NCBI GenBank assembly: GCA_963812015.1
Contig: CAWETI010000002.1
Location: forward strand, 32,001-96,000
Source of the DNA: an uncultured delta proteobacterium
GTDB taxonomy: Bacteria; Desulfobacterota; Desulfobaccia; Desulfobaccales; 0-14-0-80-60-11
DNA length: 64,000 nt
Direction: 5' to 3'
In this document: piece by piece, positions 61,675 to 64,000 of the stretch
Position numbering within the stretch: position 1 is the first letter of the stretch
How the letters are laid out: each line of letters starts with the position of its first letter
Made by a program: the position numbers and the translations under genes
Notes under the pieces: generated by a model
The model's database searches: none
Seen by the model: the letters and a program-made list of their open reading frames with translations, nothing else
What the model was told of the DNA's origin: nothing

Positions 61675-61684
61675 TTAAAGTCAT
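61526..61684 (-). CDS. 52-aa zinc-ribbon microprotein (not in ORF track)
   Basis: MTLTNLPVAIQGFYRCHHCGAEIELKKYEIFPHCPRCKEKVPWTLVLETTKK; two CxxC; SD AAGGGG. Confidence 0.7.
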   Translation of the reverse strand: MTLTNLPVAIQGFYRCHHCGAEIELKKYEIFPHCPRCKEKVPWTLVLETTKK

Positions 61685-61721
61685 GGGGTTTTCCCCTTAT
61701 AGAAAATGGTTTGCTTTACTC

Positions 61722-62606
61722 TTAGAAACTCGTTTTTAAGACCTCATCCAGCATATTGAATTGTTCACGGTTGTTGAACCGAAAAGCAAACTCATTGAGG
61801 TACAGGGGCAGATATTTGGCAGATACCTTATGGAAAACGCCGGTGATAGCTCTCTTGAACAAGGACCATACATTTTCAATGCCGTTAGTGTGGATATTTC
61901 CGGCCTTGACATAGGATTTCTGATGATTGACGGCGTTATGCACGAACTCAGAGGCATCAAGCCACAAATAGGCGGGGAACTCATCAGTATGAATCTCGGC
62001 CCCAGGCAAGGCATGTTTGCGAATGAACCCTCTCAAGGTGCTGGCCTTAGCGTTCTTAACCGCTTTCAGGAGGATTTTGCCTGATGTCCGCTCTTTTATC
62101 CCTACTACGGGAGTTTTATTGGCGGCTCCGCGCCCGCGTGGACCTTTTCTTCTGCCACCTACATAAGTCTCGTCAACTTCGCAAATCCCGGCGAACTTCG
62201 CGCAAAACTCCTCATCCTCTGACATAGCGAGACGAATCCGATGAGCCATATACCAAGCAGTGCGATAACTCCCGATAGCAAGCTCTCTTTGAAGTTGAAG
62301 GGAGGAAACGCCTTTCTTGGCAGAGCAAACCAGGTAAATGGCCAGAAACCATTTAGTCAAAGGCAAATGGGAATTGTGAAAGACGGTCCCGGCAGTAACC
62401 GAGTATTGATAATGACAGTCTTTGCACTCGTAAAGGTGGCGCATCTTCTTGGTTTTCCCCAAAGCATTAAATTTCATCACTCGGGGACTTCCGCACTTGA
62501 TACAGGTAGGGCCATTAGGCCAGCGAATGCGCTCAAAGTGCCCAATGCACTTTTCTTCGGTGTCGAAGCGTTTGACAACCTCGAAAATAGAAGGGGGCTT
62601 GTCCAT
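61722..62606 (-). CDS. IS1595 (ISXO2-like) DDE transposase
   Basis: RWP..CxxC...CxxC zinc ribbon, HTH, EVDETYVG, IHTDE, NGIENVWS, YLNEFAFRFN. Confidence 0.95.
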   Translation of the reverse strand: MDKPPSIFEVVKRFDTEEKCIGHFERIRWPNGPTCIKCGSPRVMKFNALGKTKKMRHLYECKDCHYQYSVTAGTVFHNSHLPLTKWFLAIYLVCSAKKGVSSLQLQRELAIGSYRTAWYMAHRIRLAMSEDEEFCAKFAGICEVDETYVGGRRKGPRGRGAANKTPVVGIKERTSGKILLKAVKNAKASTLRGFIRKHALPGAEIHTDEFPAYLWLDASEFVHNAVNHQKSYVKAGNIHTNGIENVWSLFKRAITGVFHKVSAKYLPLYLNEFAFRFNNREQFNMLDEVLKTSF

Positions 62607-62844
62607 GACTGATCTCCCTGTATCTGTGAATCGAAAATTATTCGTGGGGATTGACCCCGGTCAAACTGGCGGCTTGGGTGTCGTAGATCAGGAAGGGCGG
62701 TTTGTTGCCGCTTACCGATGGGATAAACGAGAACCCAGGCGCATGTACCAGATATTAGAGACTTTAGCTAAAGGTAGCACAGAAGAAAAACTTTGTCAAG
62801 TGCATAATCGCCTAAAATTATTCTGGCCATCACTAGCTGATTAA
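62605..62844 (+). pseudogene. N-terminal fragment of a RuvC-like resolvase
   Basis: FVGIDPGQTGGLGVVD motif; frame runs through the right TIR and stops after 79 aa. Confidence 0.5.
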
Positions 62845-62848
62845 TCTT

Positions 62849-62874
62849 GTAGGGGCGGTTCGGGAACCGCCCCC
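62849..62874. repeat. GTAG-type REP
   Basis: GTAGGGGCGGTTCGGGAACCGCCCCC. Confidence 0.75.
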
Positions 62875-63198
62875 ATCAGGATGCCCTTTATTTTAACCCT
62901 CGAATTGCAGCAAAACTACTATAGCTCCGGAATTTATGCAAGGTCGGAAGCTCCCTGCCATTGTTCTTTTCAGAAGGGCGCGATCCGCGGTAAGATGAAC
63001 AATGCGCTACGTGATTATCGGGGCCAGCGCCCGGGCCTTCTTGGCCTCGCGCCCCGCCCCGGAAGACGCCGCTACCGCCACCCCGCCCACGATCCGCCTC
63101 TGGCGGCAGCTGGGACAATAAATTATGAGGGGAGGGCCGGGGGAAGTCTTTGTAAGGGATTCCCCCGCCCTCTTCTCAAGCTCCTTTCCCAGCCGTCT

Positions 63199-63258
63199 GT
63201 AGGGGCGGACCCATGTGTCCGCCCGCAATTAAGGGCGTACACGCGGGTGCGCCCCTAC
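63199..63258. repeat. GTAG REP doublet (REPIN-like) nested in a G/C-run element
   Basis: GTAGGGGCGGACCCATGTGTCCGCCC...GGGCGTACACGCGGGTGCGCCCCTAC. Confidence 0.8.
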
Positions 63259-63359
63259 AAAAAAGCTATATGGGGTTGGGGGAGGGGGTTTCAGGGGGAG
63301 GGCGGCAGGGGCCCTTATGGAAAAGCCCCTGGCCCCCTCCCCCTGAAAAATTCCAGCAT

Positions 63360-63803
63360 TTACCCCAAGAAAATCCGCAGGGCTTCCTGTTTCAGCCGCC
63401 GGAGTTCTTCTTCGGCCTGGCGCAGCTGTTTCTGATGGATGGCGTGCCGGATCTTTCGGGCGATTTCGTCCAGGCTGAGGGGCTTGTAGACGATGTCCAC
63501 CTGCTCCAGGTAAAAGAGCTGATGGGCTTGGGTCCGTTGTTGCAGCATGACGATGAAGCGGGTGGCGGGATAGCGGAGACGGGTGTTTTCCAGGAGCTGC
63601 TGATAATTAGGCTGGCGGTGGTCGGTAATGACCAGGTCGAAGGGGTTTTCTTCCAGGGCGGCCAGGGCTTCGGCCACCGTGTTCACCAACGTGCATTCCT
63701 CAAAACCCAGGAGCTTGATCACCGAAGCTAAAAACGCCCGGCACCATTCCTCCTGATCCACCACCAAGATACGCGCCTGGTTAGCCCTTTCCTGGTCTTG
63801 CAT
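63360..63803 (-). CDS. Single-domain response regulator (atypical receiver)
   Basis: ILVVDQE, FDLVITD, YKP, C-terminal coiled coil. Confidence 0.75.
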   Translation of the reverse strand: MQDQERANQARILVVDQEEWCRAFLASVIKLLGFEECTLVNTVAEALAALEENPFDLVITDHRQPNYQQLLENTRLRYPATRFIVMLQQRTQAHQLFYLEQVDIVYKPLSLDEIARKIRHAIHQKQLRQAEEELRRLKQEALRIFLG

Positions 63804-64000
63804 GGGGAGGTCTCCTCACAAGAGCACTGTCTAACTTTACTCGCGAATGAACCCGGCTGCAAGACCTGCCGGGATTTTTCCAGGGGCGGGGCGCCGGAGA
63901 GCGCCCGCCACAGTCCAGGCAGGAGAGGGGGTGCGCCTCGGATCGTGAGGCTTGGCGTCCTCCCGGGGGCTAAGCCGGGAGAGCGATTTCTTCTTGAGGG

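Larger units (their letters stand above)
60161..62812. mobile_element. IS1595-family element with passenger genes, 2652 bp
   Basis: Perfect 23-bp TIRs GGCGATTATGCACTTGACAAAGT (60161-60183, 62790-62812); 8-bp TSD TAAAATTA (60153-60160, 62813-62820). Confidence 0.95.

Overview
GC-rich bacterial chromosomal segment, probably from an anaerobic Desulfobacterota/Deltaproteobacteria organism (inferred from gene content and sigma54 regulators; no database search was run). In order: a sigma54-controlled USP-TauE-TIGR02186-PEP-synthase-like operon with its two-component system; a partial Tad/Flp secretin cluster with a frameshifted TPR-LytR_C gene; SLT, a large TPR lipoprotein, manC and a B12 radical SAM; a NifA-like activator with degenerate catalytic motifs; PPi-PFK and a full pentose phosphate cluster; cytochrome b5/DUF2231 and UbiA genes; a complete complex I operon (fused NuoBCD) interrupted by a methyltransferase and wrbA and followed by eboD-eboE; purD-like and purH-N genes; an AT-rich HEPN gene with one in-frame TGA; and an intact 2652-bp IS1595-family element (23-bp TIRs, 8-bp TSD) carrying DUF3800, an unknown ORF, an unannotated zinc-ribbon microprotein and a RuvC-like fragment. 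Several REP/MITE-like palindrome families fill the intergenic spaces. Family assignments rest on motifs recognised by eye.
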